Below, piece after piece: positions 1-8,851 of a stretch of DNA of 64,000 nt. The notes under the pieces were generated by a model that was not told the DNA's origin, did not search any database, and worked only from the letters and a program-made list of their open reading frames with translations. Positions within the stretch are counted from its first letter, which is position 1; the number at the start of each line of letters is the position of its first letter. The stretch spans positions 2,291 through 66,290 of the forward strand of contig JAZGAE010000155.1 of assembly GCA_036475545.1 (NCBI GenBank), given 5' to 3'. The DNA is from Alphaproteobacteria bacterium. GTDB lineage: Bacteria; Pseudomonadota; Alphaproteobacteria; DATDPM01. A program made the position numbers and the translations under genes.

Positions 1-231
1 GGGCCGACGGTGGAGGCGATCGCACGCAACTGCATGAGCTGTCATGGAGAGGGCGGGGTCAGCCCCGGCAGCATGCCCACGATCTACGGCAAGTCGACGG
101 ACTGGACCATTGGGCGGCTCAAGGAATTCCGTTCGGGCAAGCGCGAGGCCACCATCATGGGCCGCATCATGAAGGCGTTCGCCGACGACGACATCGAGGC
201 CGTGGCCGAGTATTTCGCAGCCCGGAAATAG
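1..231 (+). CDS. fccA: cytochrome c subunit of flavocytochrome c sulfide dehydrogenase (C-terminal portion; 5' end lies outside the window)
   Basis: The frame is open from nt 1. It contains a CxxCH haem-binding motif (CMSCH) and sits directly upstream of a Tat-signal FccB-like flavoprotein gene. Confidence 0.5.
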   Translation, partial: GPTVEAIARNCMSCHGEGGVSPGSMPTIYGKSTDWTIGRLKEFRSGKREATIMGRIMKAFADDDIEAVAEYFAARK

Positions 232-253
232 GCGAACGAGGGGGGGCGAGAGG

Positions 254-1531
254 TTGAAGACGGGGTTCGCGCGCAGGGAGTTCCTGATGGCCATCGGCGC
301 CGCGGGGGCGGCGGTCTCGCTCAAGGGCTGCGCGCGGGCCGCGAAGCCGCGGGTGGTGGTGGTCGGCGGCGGATTCGGGGGCGCGAGCTGCGCCAAGTAC
401 ATCAACCGGATCGATCCCGGCATCGACGTGGTCGTGGTGGAGCGAAACCGCGAGTACGTGACCTGCCCCTTCAGCAACAACGTCATCGGCGGCCTGCGTA
501 CGCTCGGGTCCCTCACCCACGGCTACGAGGGGCTGGGCGCGCGCGACGGGATCACGGTGGTGATCGACACCGCCACCGCCGTCGACGCGCAAGCGCGCAC
601 GGTGAGCCTCGCCGGCGGCAACCGGCTCGCTTATGACCGGCTCGTGCTGTCGCCCGGCATCGCCATTCGCTGGGGCGCCCTCGATGGCTATGACGAGGCC
701 GCGGCCGAGGCCATGCCGCATGCGTGGAAGGCGGGCCCGCAGACCCTGCTGCTGAAGCGCCAGCTCGCGGCGATGGAGGACGGCGGCACCGTGGTCATCG
801 CGGCGCCCGAGTATCCCTACCGCTGTCCGCCGGCGCCCTACGAGCGCGCCTCGATGGTCGCGCACTACTTGAAGACGAACGGCAAGGCGAGATCCAAGAT
901 CGTCATCCTCGACGCCAAGGACACGATTCCCAAACAGGCGCTCTTCGAGCAGGGCTGGGGCCGGTTCTACGAGGGCATGATCGAATGGGTCCCGCGCGGG
1001 CAGGGCGGCACCGCCACCAGGGTCGATCCGGCGACGAAGACGGTCTACGCCGAGGCCGGAGAATTCAAGGCCGACGTCGCCTGCATCGTGCCGCCGCAGT
1101 CGGCCGGCGGCATCGCGATCTCGGCCGGCGCGGCGGACGAGGACGGCTGGTGCCCGATCGATCCCTGGACCTTGGAGTCCACGCTGCGGCCGGGCGTCCA
1201 CGTACTCGGCGATTCCTGCATCGCCGGCGCCATGCCCAAGTCGGGCTTCTCCGCCAACAGCCAGGCCAAGGTCTGCGCGGCGGCGATCGTGGCCTTGCTC
1301 AACGACAGCCAACCCCCCGAGCCCGTCTTCATGAACACCTGTTATTCCACCATCGCGCCGGACTACGGGATCTCGATCTATGGGGCATACCGGGCCACCG
1401 AGCACGCCATCGTCGCGGTCTTGGGAAGCGTGAGCCTGAGCCCGCTGGACGCTCCCGACGAGGTCCGGAAGGCCGAGTTCGAGTATGCCCAAGGCTGGCT
1501 CGCCAGCATGACCGGCGAGATGTTCGGGTAA
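254..1531 (+). CDS. fccB: flavocytochrome c sulfide dehydrogenase flavoprotein subunit (FccB/SoxF-like), Tat-exported
   Basis: 425 aa. Twin-arginine signal (RREFLMAIGAAGAAV). FAD fold (VVVVGGGFGGAS). Long blocks of similarity to Allochromatium FccB recalled from memory (HAWKAG, RCPPAPYERAS, GWCP, MPKSGFSANSQ). Confidence 0.75.
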   Translation: MKTGFARREFLMAIGAAGAAVSLKGCARAAKPRVVVVGGGFGGASCAKYINRIDPGIDVVVVERNREYVTCPFSNNVIGGLRTLGSLTHGYEGLGARDGITVVIDTATAVDAQARTVSLAGGNRLAYDRLVLSPGIAIRWGALDGYDEAAAEAMPHAWKAGPQTLLLKRQLAAMEDGGTVVIAAPEYPYRCPPAPYERASMVAHYLKTNGKARSKIVILDAKDTIPKQALFEQGWGRFYEGMIEWVPRGQGGTATRVDPATKTVYAEAGEFKADVACIVPPQSAGGIAISAGAADEDGWCPIDPWTLESTLRPGVHVLGDSCIAGAMPKSGFSANSQAKVCAAAIVALLNDSQPPEPVFMNTCYSTIAPDYGISIYGAYRATEHAIVAVLGSVSLSPLDAPDEVRKAEFEYAQGWLASMTGEMFG

Positions 1532-1681
1532 GGCGAGGGCCGCTGCGGGGGCTCAGATCGCCCTGGATGCCGGTTGAAAGAGGCCGCCGGCCTCGGTCAG
1601 GTCGACGGTTGCCGGGGCGGTGGCCCGCAATGGAATCGGGAGGGAGCGGGACGATCCCTCCCGTCGCCGGTCTGGGGAAGT

Positions 1682-2398
1682 TCAGGACGCCCGCACGACC
1701 TCGCCGTGGCGGCGGCAGGCGGGCGAGGCGAGCTCGACGAGCGCGTCGATCACCGTCTCCGGCGGCGGCAGGCTCTCGGGGTCCTCTCCCGGGAAGGCCT
1801 CGGCCCGCATGCGCGTGCGCGCCGCGCCGGGGTCGAACAGGTTGACCCGGATCCTGGTCTTCGCCACCTCGCCGGCGTAAACCCTCGTCAGCATCTCGAG
1901 CGCCGCCTTGCTGACGGCGTAGGGTCCCCAGTAGGGGAAGACGCCGGTCGCCACGCCGCTGGTGACGAAGATGACGCGGCCGCCGTCCGACTCCCTGAGC
2001 AAGGGGTCGAAGCTCCGGATCAACCGCCAGTTGACGGTGAGGTTGAGCGCCATCACCTGGTCCCAAACTTCCGCATCGATGTGGGCGAGGGGGCCGAGCA
2101 AGCCGAGCATGGCGGCGTTGCCGACGAGGATATCGAGGCGCCCGAACCGCTCGGCGACCGTCGCGCCCAGCTCGTCGATCCCCTGGAACCGGGTCAGGTC
2201 CAGGGGGACCAGCGTGGCGGTGCCGCCGAGCTCCCGGATCTTGTCGTCGACCTCCTCGAGGCCGCCGACGGTGCGGGCCACCAGGATCACGTGCGCGCCC
2301 TCGGCCGCGAACCTCGTGGCGGCCGCGCTTCCGATCCCTCGCGAGGCCCCGGTGATGAGGGCGATGCGGTCCGAGAGAAGCCCCTTGGCCTCGGGCAT
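1682..2398 (-). CDS. SDR family NAD(P)-dependent oxidoreductase
   Basis: 238 aa. Glycine-rich motif TGASRGIGSA, NAA(M) motif, and catalytic YxxxK (YAVSK). Confidence 0.7.
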   Translation of the reverse strand: MPEAKGLLSDRIALITGASRGIGSAAATRFAAEGAHVILVARTVGGLEEVDDKIRELGGTATLVPLDLTRFQGIDELGATVAERFGRLDILVGNAAMLGLLGPLAHIDAEVWDQVMALNLTVNWRLIRSFDPLLRESDGGRVIFVTSGVATGVFPYWGPYAVSKAALEMLTRVYAGEVAKTRIRVNLFDPGAARTRMRAEAFPGEDPESLPPPETVIDALVELASPACRRHGEVVRAS

Positions 2399-2405
2399 GG
2401 CGGAG

Positions 2406-3860
2406 TCAGGCGATCTCCGCCAACAGCGACAGCTGCGCGCTCACCGATCCGCCGTCGCGATCGGTGAGCGCGATCGGGTAGTCGCCCGTGAAACAGGCGT
2501 CGCAGAACTGGGGCCGTTCATTATCGCGGCCCTGCTCGCCCATGGCCCGGTAGAGCCCGTCGATGGAAAGGAACGCCAGGCTGTCCACGCCGATCAGCCG
2601 GCCCATCTCGTCGACGTCGTGAGAGGCGGCGAGCAACTCCTTCCTCTCCGGCGTGTCGATGCCGTAGAAGCAGGAATGGGCCGTCGGCGGGCTCGCGATG
2701 CGCATGTGGACCTCCGCCGCCCCGGCGTTGCGCACCATCTCGACGATCTTCTTCGAGGTGGTGCCGCGCACGATGCTGTCGTCCACCAGGATCACCCGCT
2801 TGCCCCGGATGTGGGCGCGATTGGCGTTGTGCTTGAGCTTCACGCCGAGGTGGCGGATCTGCTCGCTGGGCTCGATGAAGGTCCGGCCGACGTAATGGTT
2901 GCGGACGATGCCGAACTCGAAGGGGATGCCGGCCTCGGCCGCGTACCCGATCGCCGCCGGCACGCCCGAATCCGGGACCGGAATCACGACATCGGCCTCG
3001 ACGTGATTCTCGCGGGCGAGCTCGGCGCCGATGCGCTTGCGGGCCTCGTAGACGCTCGTTCCCTCGACCACCGAGTCCGGCCGCGAGAAATAGATGTACT
3101 CGAAGATGCAGAACCTCCGCGGCGCGGGGCGGAAGGGGCGCATGCTGTGGGTCCCCTTGTCGTCGATGACGATCATCTCGCCCGCTTCGATGTCGCGGAC
3201 GAAATCGGCGCCGATGATGTCCAGGGCACAGCTCTCGGAGGCGAGAACGTAGGCCCCGTCCAGCTGCCCCAATACCAGCGGCCGGACGCCGACCGGGTCG
3301 CGCACGCCTATCAGCGCGTCGGCGGTGAGCGCCACCAGCGAATAGGCTCCTTCCACCTGGTTCAGAGCGTCCACGACCCGATCGTGGACGGTCACGCCGG
3401 TGCTGGTGGCGATGAGATGAACGATGACCTCGGTGTCCGTCGTCGACTGAAACAGACAGCCCGAGTCCACCAGCCGCTTGCGTAGCTCGATGGCGTTGGT
3501 GAGGTTGCCGTTGTGGCCGATCGCGAGGCCGCCGAAGGCGAACTCCGCGAACAGCGGCTGCACGTTGCGGAGCACCGTCTCGCCGGTCGTGGAATAGCGC
3601 ACATGGCCGATGGCGCAGCTTCCCGGCAGGCGGCTGATGACCTCCTCCGAGCCGAAGCTGTCGCCGACGTGGCCCAGAGCGCGGTGGGTATGGAACTGGC
3701 TGCCCTCGTAGGTGACCACGCCCGCCGCTTCCTGGCCGCGGTGTTGCAGGGCGTGCAGGCCCAATGCCGTTAGCGCCGCCGCATCCGCGTGGCCGTAAAC
3801 CCCGAAGACGCCGCATTCCTCCCGGAACTTGTCGTTGTCGAAGGGATGCGTAGTCAGCAT
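2406..3860 (-). CDS. purF: amidophosphoribosyltransferase
   Basis: 484 aa. N-terminal propeptide followed by CGVFGV. PRTase motifs (VDDSIVRGTT). Cys-rich C-terminus. Conserved cvpA-purF arrangement. Confidence 0.9.
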   Translation of the reverse strand: MLTTHPFDNDKFREECGVFGVYGHADAAALTALGLHALQHRGQEAAGVVTYEGSQFHTHRALGHVGDSFGSEEVISRLPGSCAIGHVRYSTTGETVLRNVQPLFAEFAFGGLAIGHNGNLTNAIELRKRLVDSGCLFQSTTDTEVIVHLIATSTGVTVHDRVVDALNQVEGAYSLVALTADALIGVRDPVGVRPLVLGQLDGAYVLASESCALDIIGADFVRDIEAGEMIVIDDKGTHSMRPFRPAPRRFCIFEYIYFSRPDSVVEGTSVYEARKRIGAELARENHVEADVVIPVPDSGVPAAIGYAAEAGIPFEFGIVRNHYVGRTFIEPSEQIRHLGVKLKHNANRAHIRGKRVILVDDSIVRGTTSKKIVEMVRNAGAAEVHMRIASPPTAHSCFYGIDTPERKELLAASHDVDEMGRLIGVDSLAFLSIDGLYRAMGEQGRDNERPQFCDACFTGDYPIALTDRDGGSVSAQLSLLAEIA

Positions 3861-3872
3861 GCCACCCGCCTC

Positions 3873-4550
3873 CTAACGGTCCTGAGTGCTTTCGAAAAGC
3901 CTGTCCAAGTCCCGCCGTTCGCGGGTCTCATAGCCCGACTCGCTGCCCGATTCGGCGGCCTTGGGACGCGGATTCGAAAGCTCCTCGGCGGTCCGCTCGG
4001 CCTCGGCGCGGTCCTCTCCATCCCCGGTGGTGGCTGCCTCCTCCTCCTCTTCCTCGAGGAATCCCTCCGGCAAAATGGGCCGGACGATCTCGGCACCCCA
4101 CTCGATGACGGGGCGCAGCCGCGCCTCGTTGAACGACGCGAACTCGGTCAAGGGCGATCTCAACGGGATATAAACGAGCGAGACGAGGACTGCCGCGGCC
4201 GCAAGGCCGGCCACGAAGCCGAGGGAGCGGTCAAGAGCGTTGAGCCGGCTTCCCCGGATCCAGCCGCTGAGCAACGAGCTCACGGCGAACAGGAAGAGCA
4301 GCGAGATGAGGAAAACGCCCACGCCGATGCCGATGTTGGCCAGAGATTCGCCCAATACGCCCTCGACCACCCCCTGATCCCTCAGGATCTCGGCGGCCAC
4401 CGGCTGGATGAAGTCGTAGCCGTAAAGGGTCGCGAAAGCGGCGCCGACCCAGGAGACCAGCCACAGCCCCCCCTTGATGAACCCGACCGCCAGACCCAGC
4501 AGGCCCGAGACCAGGATGAAGCCGGCTATGCCAAGGTCGAATGCGTTAAT
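3873..4550 (-). CDS. cvpA: colicin V production protein CvpA (membrane protein); start codon uncertain
   Basis: The track ORF (3873..4400) starts at a GTG. The same frame stays open about 50 codons further upstream and encodes a canonical CvpA TM1 (INAFDLGIAGFILVSGLLGLAVGFIKGGLWLVSWVG) that aligns to E. coli CvpA residues ~4-40. That stretch contains no ATG, GTG or TTG. An ATT codon at 4548-4550 lies 6 nt downstream of an AGGAGG Shine-Dalgarno sequence. Confidence 0.6.
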   Translation of the reverse strand: MNAFDLGIAGFILVSGLLGLAVGFIKGGLWLVSWVGAAFATLYGYDFIQPVAAEILRDQGVVEGVLGESLANIGIGVGVFLISLLFLFAVSSLLSGWIRGSRLNALDRSLGFVAGLAAAAVLVSLVYIPLRSPLTEFASFNEARLRPVIEWGAEIVRPILPEGFLEEEEEEAATTGDGEDRAEAERTAEELSNPRPKAAESGSESGYETRERRDLDRLFESTQDR

Positions 4551-4566
4551 GACAGGCCTCCTCGGG

Positions 4567-6036
4567 TCAACGCGGGTTCACGGGGCTGCGCCGGGGCACC
4601 GGTTTTCCCGGAATCCGCGTCACGCGCGCCGCGCCCGCCACGCGCGCCGCGCCCGCGATGACGTCGATCAAATCCTGTAGATGGCCGATTTCCTGAATCT
4701 CCAAGGTCCTCGTCCGGCTTGGGCTCCGCGTCCGCCCCCGCGCGCCCTTGCGCGGCGGGATGAACGCCCGCGCGAAACCCAGCTTCGCCGCCTCCTTGAG
4801 CCGCGCCTCGGCCTGGCCCACCGTGCGGACCTCCCCCGCCAAGCCGATCTCGCCGAACACGACCGAGTCCGCCGGAACGGGAACGTCCATCCGCGACGAG
4901 ACCAGCGCCGCCGCGGCGGCGAGGTCTGCGGCCGGCTCGGTGATGCGTAGGCCTCCCGCGACGTTTAGGTAGACATCATCGCTCGCAAACGCAAGGCCGC
5001 AGCGCGACTCCAACACCGCGAGTACGACCGCCAGCCGGCTTGCCTCCCACCCCACCACGGCGCGCCGAGGCGCGGCGAAGGGCGAGGGGGCCACCAACGC
5101 CTGAATCTCCACCAGGACCGGACGTGTCCCCTCGAGCCCGGCGAAGACGGCCGCGCCGCTCACGTTGCCGCGCCGCTCCGCGAGGAAAAGCTCGGACGGG
5201 TTCGCCACCTCGATGAGGCCGCCGTCCGTCATCTCGAAGACGCCGATCTCGTCGGTCGGCCCGAACCGGTTCTTGACCGCACGCAGGATTCGGAACTGAT
5301 GGCCGCGCTCGCCCTCGAAATACAGCACCGTATCGACCATGTGCTCGAGCACCCGCGGGCCCGCGATGAGGCCCTCCTTGGTGACGTGGCCCACCAGCAG
5401 CACCGCGATCCCGCGGCGCTTGGCGAGGCGGATCAGCTCGCCGGCCGAGGCGCGCACCTGGGCCACGGTGCCGGGCGCGGAGTCGAGACTGTCCAGGTAC
5501 ATGGTCTGAATCGAGTCCACCACCACCACCTTGGGGCCGTCGCCGCGGTCGATCGCGGCGATGATGCCGCCCATGTTGGTGGCCGCGGCGAGCTCGACCG
5601 CGGCGTCCGCCAACCCCAGCCTGCGCGCGCGCATGCGCAGCTGCTCCACCGCCTCCTCGCCGGAGACGTAGGCGCACCCGGTCTCGCCGCCGAGCGCCGC
5701 CACCACCTGCAAGACCAGCGTCGACTTGCCGATCCCGGGATCGCCGGCCACCAGCACGGCCGATCCCGCAACCAGCCCGCCGCCGCAGACCCGGTCGAAC
5801 TCGGCGATGCCGGTGGTGAGCCGGCTTGGCGCGGCGGCGTCCCCGGCCAGCGGCGCGAAATCGATCTTCCGCGCGCGACCCCTTTTCAAGCTGCGCCCGC
5901 CGCCCAGCGGCGCGCTCTCGTACGGCGCCTCCTCGACGATGCTGTTCCAAGCGCCGCAGGCTTCGCAGCGACCGCTCCACTGATAAGTGCTCGCCCCGCA
6001 CTCCTGGCAAACGTACCGCGGCGCAGACTTGGCCAA
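4567..6036 (-). CDS. radA: DNA repair protein RadA/Sms
   Basis: N-terminal C4 zinc finger (YVCQECGA...CEACGAWN). Walker A motif GDPGIGKST. KNRFG motif. Lon-like C-terminal domain. The likely start is a TTG at 6034-6036 preceded by GGGAGG, giving MAKSAPRYVC. The track ORF extension to 6702 is antisense to mlaF. Confidence 0.85.
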   Translation of the reverse strand: MAKSAPRYVCQECGASTYQWSGRCEACGAWNSIVEEAPYESAPLGGGRSLKRGRARKIDFAPLAGDAAAPSRLTTGIAEFDRVCGGGLVAGSAVLVAGDPGIGKSTLVLQVVAALGGETGCAYVSGEEAVEQLRMRARRLGLADAAVELAAATNMGGIIAAIDRGDGPKVVVVDSIQTMYLDSLDSAPGTVAQVRASAGELIRLAKRRGIAVLLVGHVTKEGLIAGPRVLEHMVDTVLYFEGERGHQFRILRAVKNRFGPTDEIGVFEMTDGGLIEVANPSELFLAERRGNVSGAAVFAGLEGTRPVLVEIQALVAPSPFAAPRRAVVGWEASRLAVVLAVLESRCGLAFASDDVYLNVAGGLRITEPAADLAAAAALVSSRMDVPVPADSVVFGEIGLAGEVRTVGQAEARLKEAAKLGFARAFIPPRKGARGRTRSPSRTRTLEIQEIGHLQDLIDVIAGAARVAGAARVTRIPGKPVPRRSPVNPR

Positions 6037-6077
6037 CGCCTCAGCCTCCCTCGGTTTCGGGCCGAACCGGCGCCGCG

Positions 6078-6854
6078 TCAGTCGCGCAGCGCCATCTTGA
6101 TCGGCCCTTCGGCCTTGCCGTGAATGAACTGATCGACATACGGGTTTCCGGAGTCGTCGATTTCGGAGACGAGGCCGTCCCAAACGATCTCGCCGCCGTG
6201 GATCATGGCCACCCGGTCGGCGATCTTGCGGGTGCTGGCCATGTCGTGGGTGATGGAGAGCGTCGTCGCCCCGAGCTCGCGCACGCTCTTGACGATAAGG
6301 TCGTTGATGACGTCGCCCATGATCGGGTCGAGCCCCGTGGTGGGCTCGTCGAAAAAGATGACCTCGGGCTGAGTCGCGATGGCCCGGGCCAGTGCGACCC
6401 GCTTCTGCATTCCGCCGGAGAGCTCCGCCGGCCATAGCTCGCCCGCCCCGTGGCCGAGCCCCACGGTGGCGAGTGTCTTGAGGGCGATCTCCTTGGCCGC
6501 CGCGCGGTCCATGCCTCGCCCCTGGATCAGGCCGAAAGCGACATTCTCCCAAACCGGGAGGCTGTCGAAAAGGGCCGAACCTTGAAACAGCATGCCGAAC
6601 TTGCGCAACACTTGTTCGCGCGCCTTCGGCTTCATGCCCATCGTCTCCTCGCCGTCGACCTTGATGCTGCCCTTTTCGGCGATCAGGAGCCCCAGGATGC
6701 ACTTGACCAGGACCGACTTGCCGGTACCCGATCCCCCGATCACCACCAAGGATTCGCCGACGCGGACGTCCAGGTTCACGCCGGTGAGGACCTTCTTGGG
6801 CCCGAAGGACTTGTGCAGGCCGCGGATGCTGATCTTCGGGACGGCGTCGTTCAT
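6078..6854 (-). CDS. mlaF: ABC transporter ATP-binding protein, MlaF/Ttg2A-like
   Basis: Walker A motif GGSGTGKS, ABC signature LSGGMQKRVALARA, and Walker B motif IFFDEPT. The start (MNDAVPKISIRGLHK) is an ATG at 6854 that overlaps the mlaE stop in an ATGA. Confidence 0.8.
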   Translation of the reverse strand: MNDAVPKISIRGLHKSFGPKKVLTGVNLDVRVGESLVVIGGSGTGKSVLVKCILGLLIAEKGSIKVDGEETMGMKPKAREQVLRKFGMLFQGSALFDSLPVWENVAFGLIQGRGMDRAAAKEIALKTLATVGLGHGAGELWPAELSGGMQKRVALARAIATQPEVIFFDEPTTGLDPIMGDVINDLIVKSVRELGATTLSITHDMASTRKIADRVAMIHGGEIVWDGLVSEIDDSGNPYVDQFIHGKAEGPIKMALRD

Positions 6855-7657
6855 CTGGCGAAGAAGAGCTCGGTGATGACGTAGTTGAAGCAGAGGATCA
6901 GGATCGAGGCCGAGACCACGGCATAGGTGGTCGCCGCGCCGACGCCCTGGGCCCCTCCGCGCGAGTGGTAGCCGTGATAGCAACCCATCAGCGCGATGAT
7001 GAATCCGAAGACGGCGGCCTTGACGAGACCGGAGACGACGTCGATCGTCTCCAGGTACTCGAAGGTGTTCTTGAGGTACTGGGCCGGATTGAAGCCCAGC
7101 TTGTAGGTGCCGACGATGAAACCGCCGAAGACGCCGATGATGTCGGCGGTAATCACCAACAGCGGCAGCATGGCGAGCCCCGCGACCAGGCGCGGCACGA
7201 CCAGGTACTTGAAGGGATTGGTCGACAGCGTCGTCAGCGCATCGAGCTGCTCGGTCACCCGCATGGTGCCGATCTCCGCCGCCATCGCCGCGCCGATGCG
7301 CCCCGCCACCATGAGCCCCGAGAGCACCGGGCCCAGCTCGCGCGTCATCGACAGCACCACCACCGTCGCCACCGCCCCCTCCGCCTCGAAGCGGGCGAAG
7401 CCGGTGTAGCTCTGGAGCGCCAGCACCATGCCGGTGAAGGTGGCGGTGAGCCCGACCACGGGCAACGAGTAGTAGCCGATGTCCACCATCTGACGCGCGA
7501 TCAGCCGGGGGTAGAAGGGGGGGCGGACACAGTGGCTGACCGCCGAGAAGGTGAACAGGCTGAGGCGCCCGGTCGCTTCCAGGAACGCCAGGAAGCCGCG
7601 CCCCGTCGTCTGCAGGAAGGCCAAGGCGACGTGGCCGATGGTGACGACGACGGGCAT
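6851..7657 (-). CDS. mlaE: ABC transporter permease, MlaE-like
   Basis: 268 aa polytopic membrane protein with MlaE-like conserved blocks (SLPVVGLTATFTGMVLALQ, TEQLDALTTL). Confidence 0.75.
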   Translation of the reverse strand: MPVVVTIGHVALAFLQTTGRGFLAFLEATGRLSLFTFSAVSHCVRPPFYPRLIARQMVDIGYYSLPVVGLTATFTGMVLALQSYTGFARFEAEGAVATVVVLSMTRELGPVLSGLMVAGRIGAAMAAEIGTMRVTEQLDALTTLSTNPFKYLVVPRLVAGLAMLPLLVITADIIGVFGGFIVGTYKLGFNPAQYLKNTFEYLETIDVVSGLVKAAVFGFIIALMGCYHGYHSRGGAQGVGAATTYAVVSASILILCFNYVITELFFAR

Positions 7658-7660
7658 GCC

Positions 7661-8851
7661 CTAGTCGGTGCCCGGGCTCTCCGGCCCCTCGGGATAGCGC
7701 CGTGAGAAGCGGCGTCCGAGGCTCGTCAGGATCTCGTAGCCGATGGTGCCCGCGTCCGCCGCCAGGTCGTCCACCGTGTAATGCGGGCCGATGAGCTCCA
7801 CCCTCGCGCCGGGCCGCGCCAACGCCGCCGGAACATCGGACACGTCGAGCGTGATCAAGTCCATGGAAACGCGTCCTACGACCGGCACCCGGATGTCCCC
7901 TATGAAGGCGCTGCCCCGGTTGCTGAGCGACCGAAGATAGCCGTCGGCATACCCCACCGGGACGGTGGCTATGCGGCCTCGCCGGGGCACTTGGTAGGTG
8001 GCACCGTAGCCAACGGTCATAGGGCTGTCAACGTCGCGCACCTGCAGGATCGGGGCCTCCAGCCGGATGGCCGGAGCCAGCGGATTGGGCCGCTCCATGA
8101 CGGGCCGCAGGCCATAGAGCGCGGCCCCCGGGCGCGCCAGGTCGAAGTGGTATTCCGGGCCAAGGAATATGCCTGCCGAATTGGCGAGGCTCGCCGGCGC
8201 CGTAGGCAAGCCGGCGCGCGCCGCGCGGAAGGCGTCGAGCTGCCGCGCGTTCAGCGGGTGGTCGGGCTCGTCGGCGCAGGCGAGGTGGCTCATGACGCAC
8301 GCCAAATGCACGTCCGCGAGCCGCTCCGGCTCTCGGGCGAGCGTCGCCGCCTCTTGCGCCGGAAGGCCGAGGCGGGACATGCCCGTGTCCACGTGCAGCG
8401 CCGCGCTCAGCCCACCGCGCCCGCGCGCGTGCGCCGCCCACTCCGCGACCTGGGCGAGGTCGTTGAGCACCGGGAAGAGCCGGTGTTCCTCGAACTCGGC
8501 GGCCGTGCCGGCGGCCGGCCCGTTGAGGACGTAGATCGCCGCCTCGCCCAGGAGCCGCCTGAGCGCGATGCCCTCGTCGAGGTCGGCGATGAAGAAGTCC
8601 CGGCAGCCGGCGGCGGCGAGCGCGGGCGCGATCTCGGAGAGCCCCAGGCCGTAGGCGTCGGCCTTGACCACGGCGCCGCAGCGGGCACCCGCAAGCCTCG
8701 AGGCCAGCGACCGGAAGTTTGCGGCCACCGCCGCAAGATCGATGGTCAGCGTCGCCTTGCCGCGGGCGGCCGCGGGCGGCGGCGGATCGCCTCCGGGGTC
8801 GCTCCGGGGGTTGCGAGCGGCCCCGCGCGGGCCCCGGTCAGGCGAACGCAT
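7661..8851 (-). CDS. alr: alanine racemase
   Basis: PLP-lysine motif VVKADAYGLG and C-terminal GRVSMD motif. dnaB-alr synteny. The start is uncertain: the ATG at 8851 overlaps the dnaB stop by 14 nt. Confidence 0.8.
   Translation of the reverse strand: MRSPDRGPRGAARNPRSDPGGDPPPPAAARGKATLTIDLAAVAANFRSLASRLAGARCGAVVKADAYGLGLSEIAPALAAAGCRDFFIADLDEGIALRRLLGEAAIYVLNGPAAGTAAEFEEHRLFPVLNDLAQVAEWAAHARGRGGLSAALHVDTGMSRLGLPAQEAATLAREPERLADVHLACVMSHLACADEPDHPLNARQLDAFRAARAGLPTAPASLANSAGIFLGPEYHFDLARPGAALYGLRPVMERPNPLAPAIRLEAPILQVRDVDSPMTVGYGATYQVPRRGRIATVPVGYADGYLRSLSNRGSAFIGDIRVPVVGRVSMDLITLDVSDVPAALARPGARVELIGPHYTVDDLAADAGTIGYEILTSLGRRFSRRYPEGPESPGTD

Noticed and set aside
167-1492. A 441-aa minus-strand ORF antisense to fccB. 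There are many similar long ORFs (1574..2467+, 2521..3816-, 8968..10434-, 10895..11779-, 20114..22219+, 22654..24594 N-terminal part, 34516..36084-, 54734..56455-, 59574..60743-).
   Set aside because: These are Arg/Gly/Pro/Ala-rich translations typical of shadow frames in about 68%-GC DNA. Each overlaps a gene on the other strand or in another frame that has clear family motifs.
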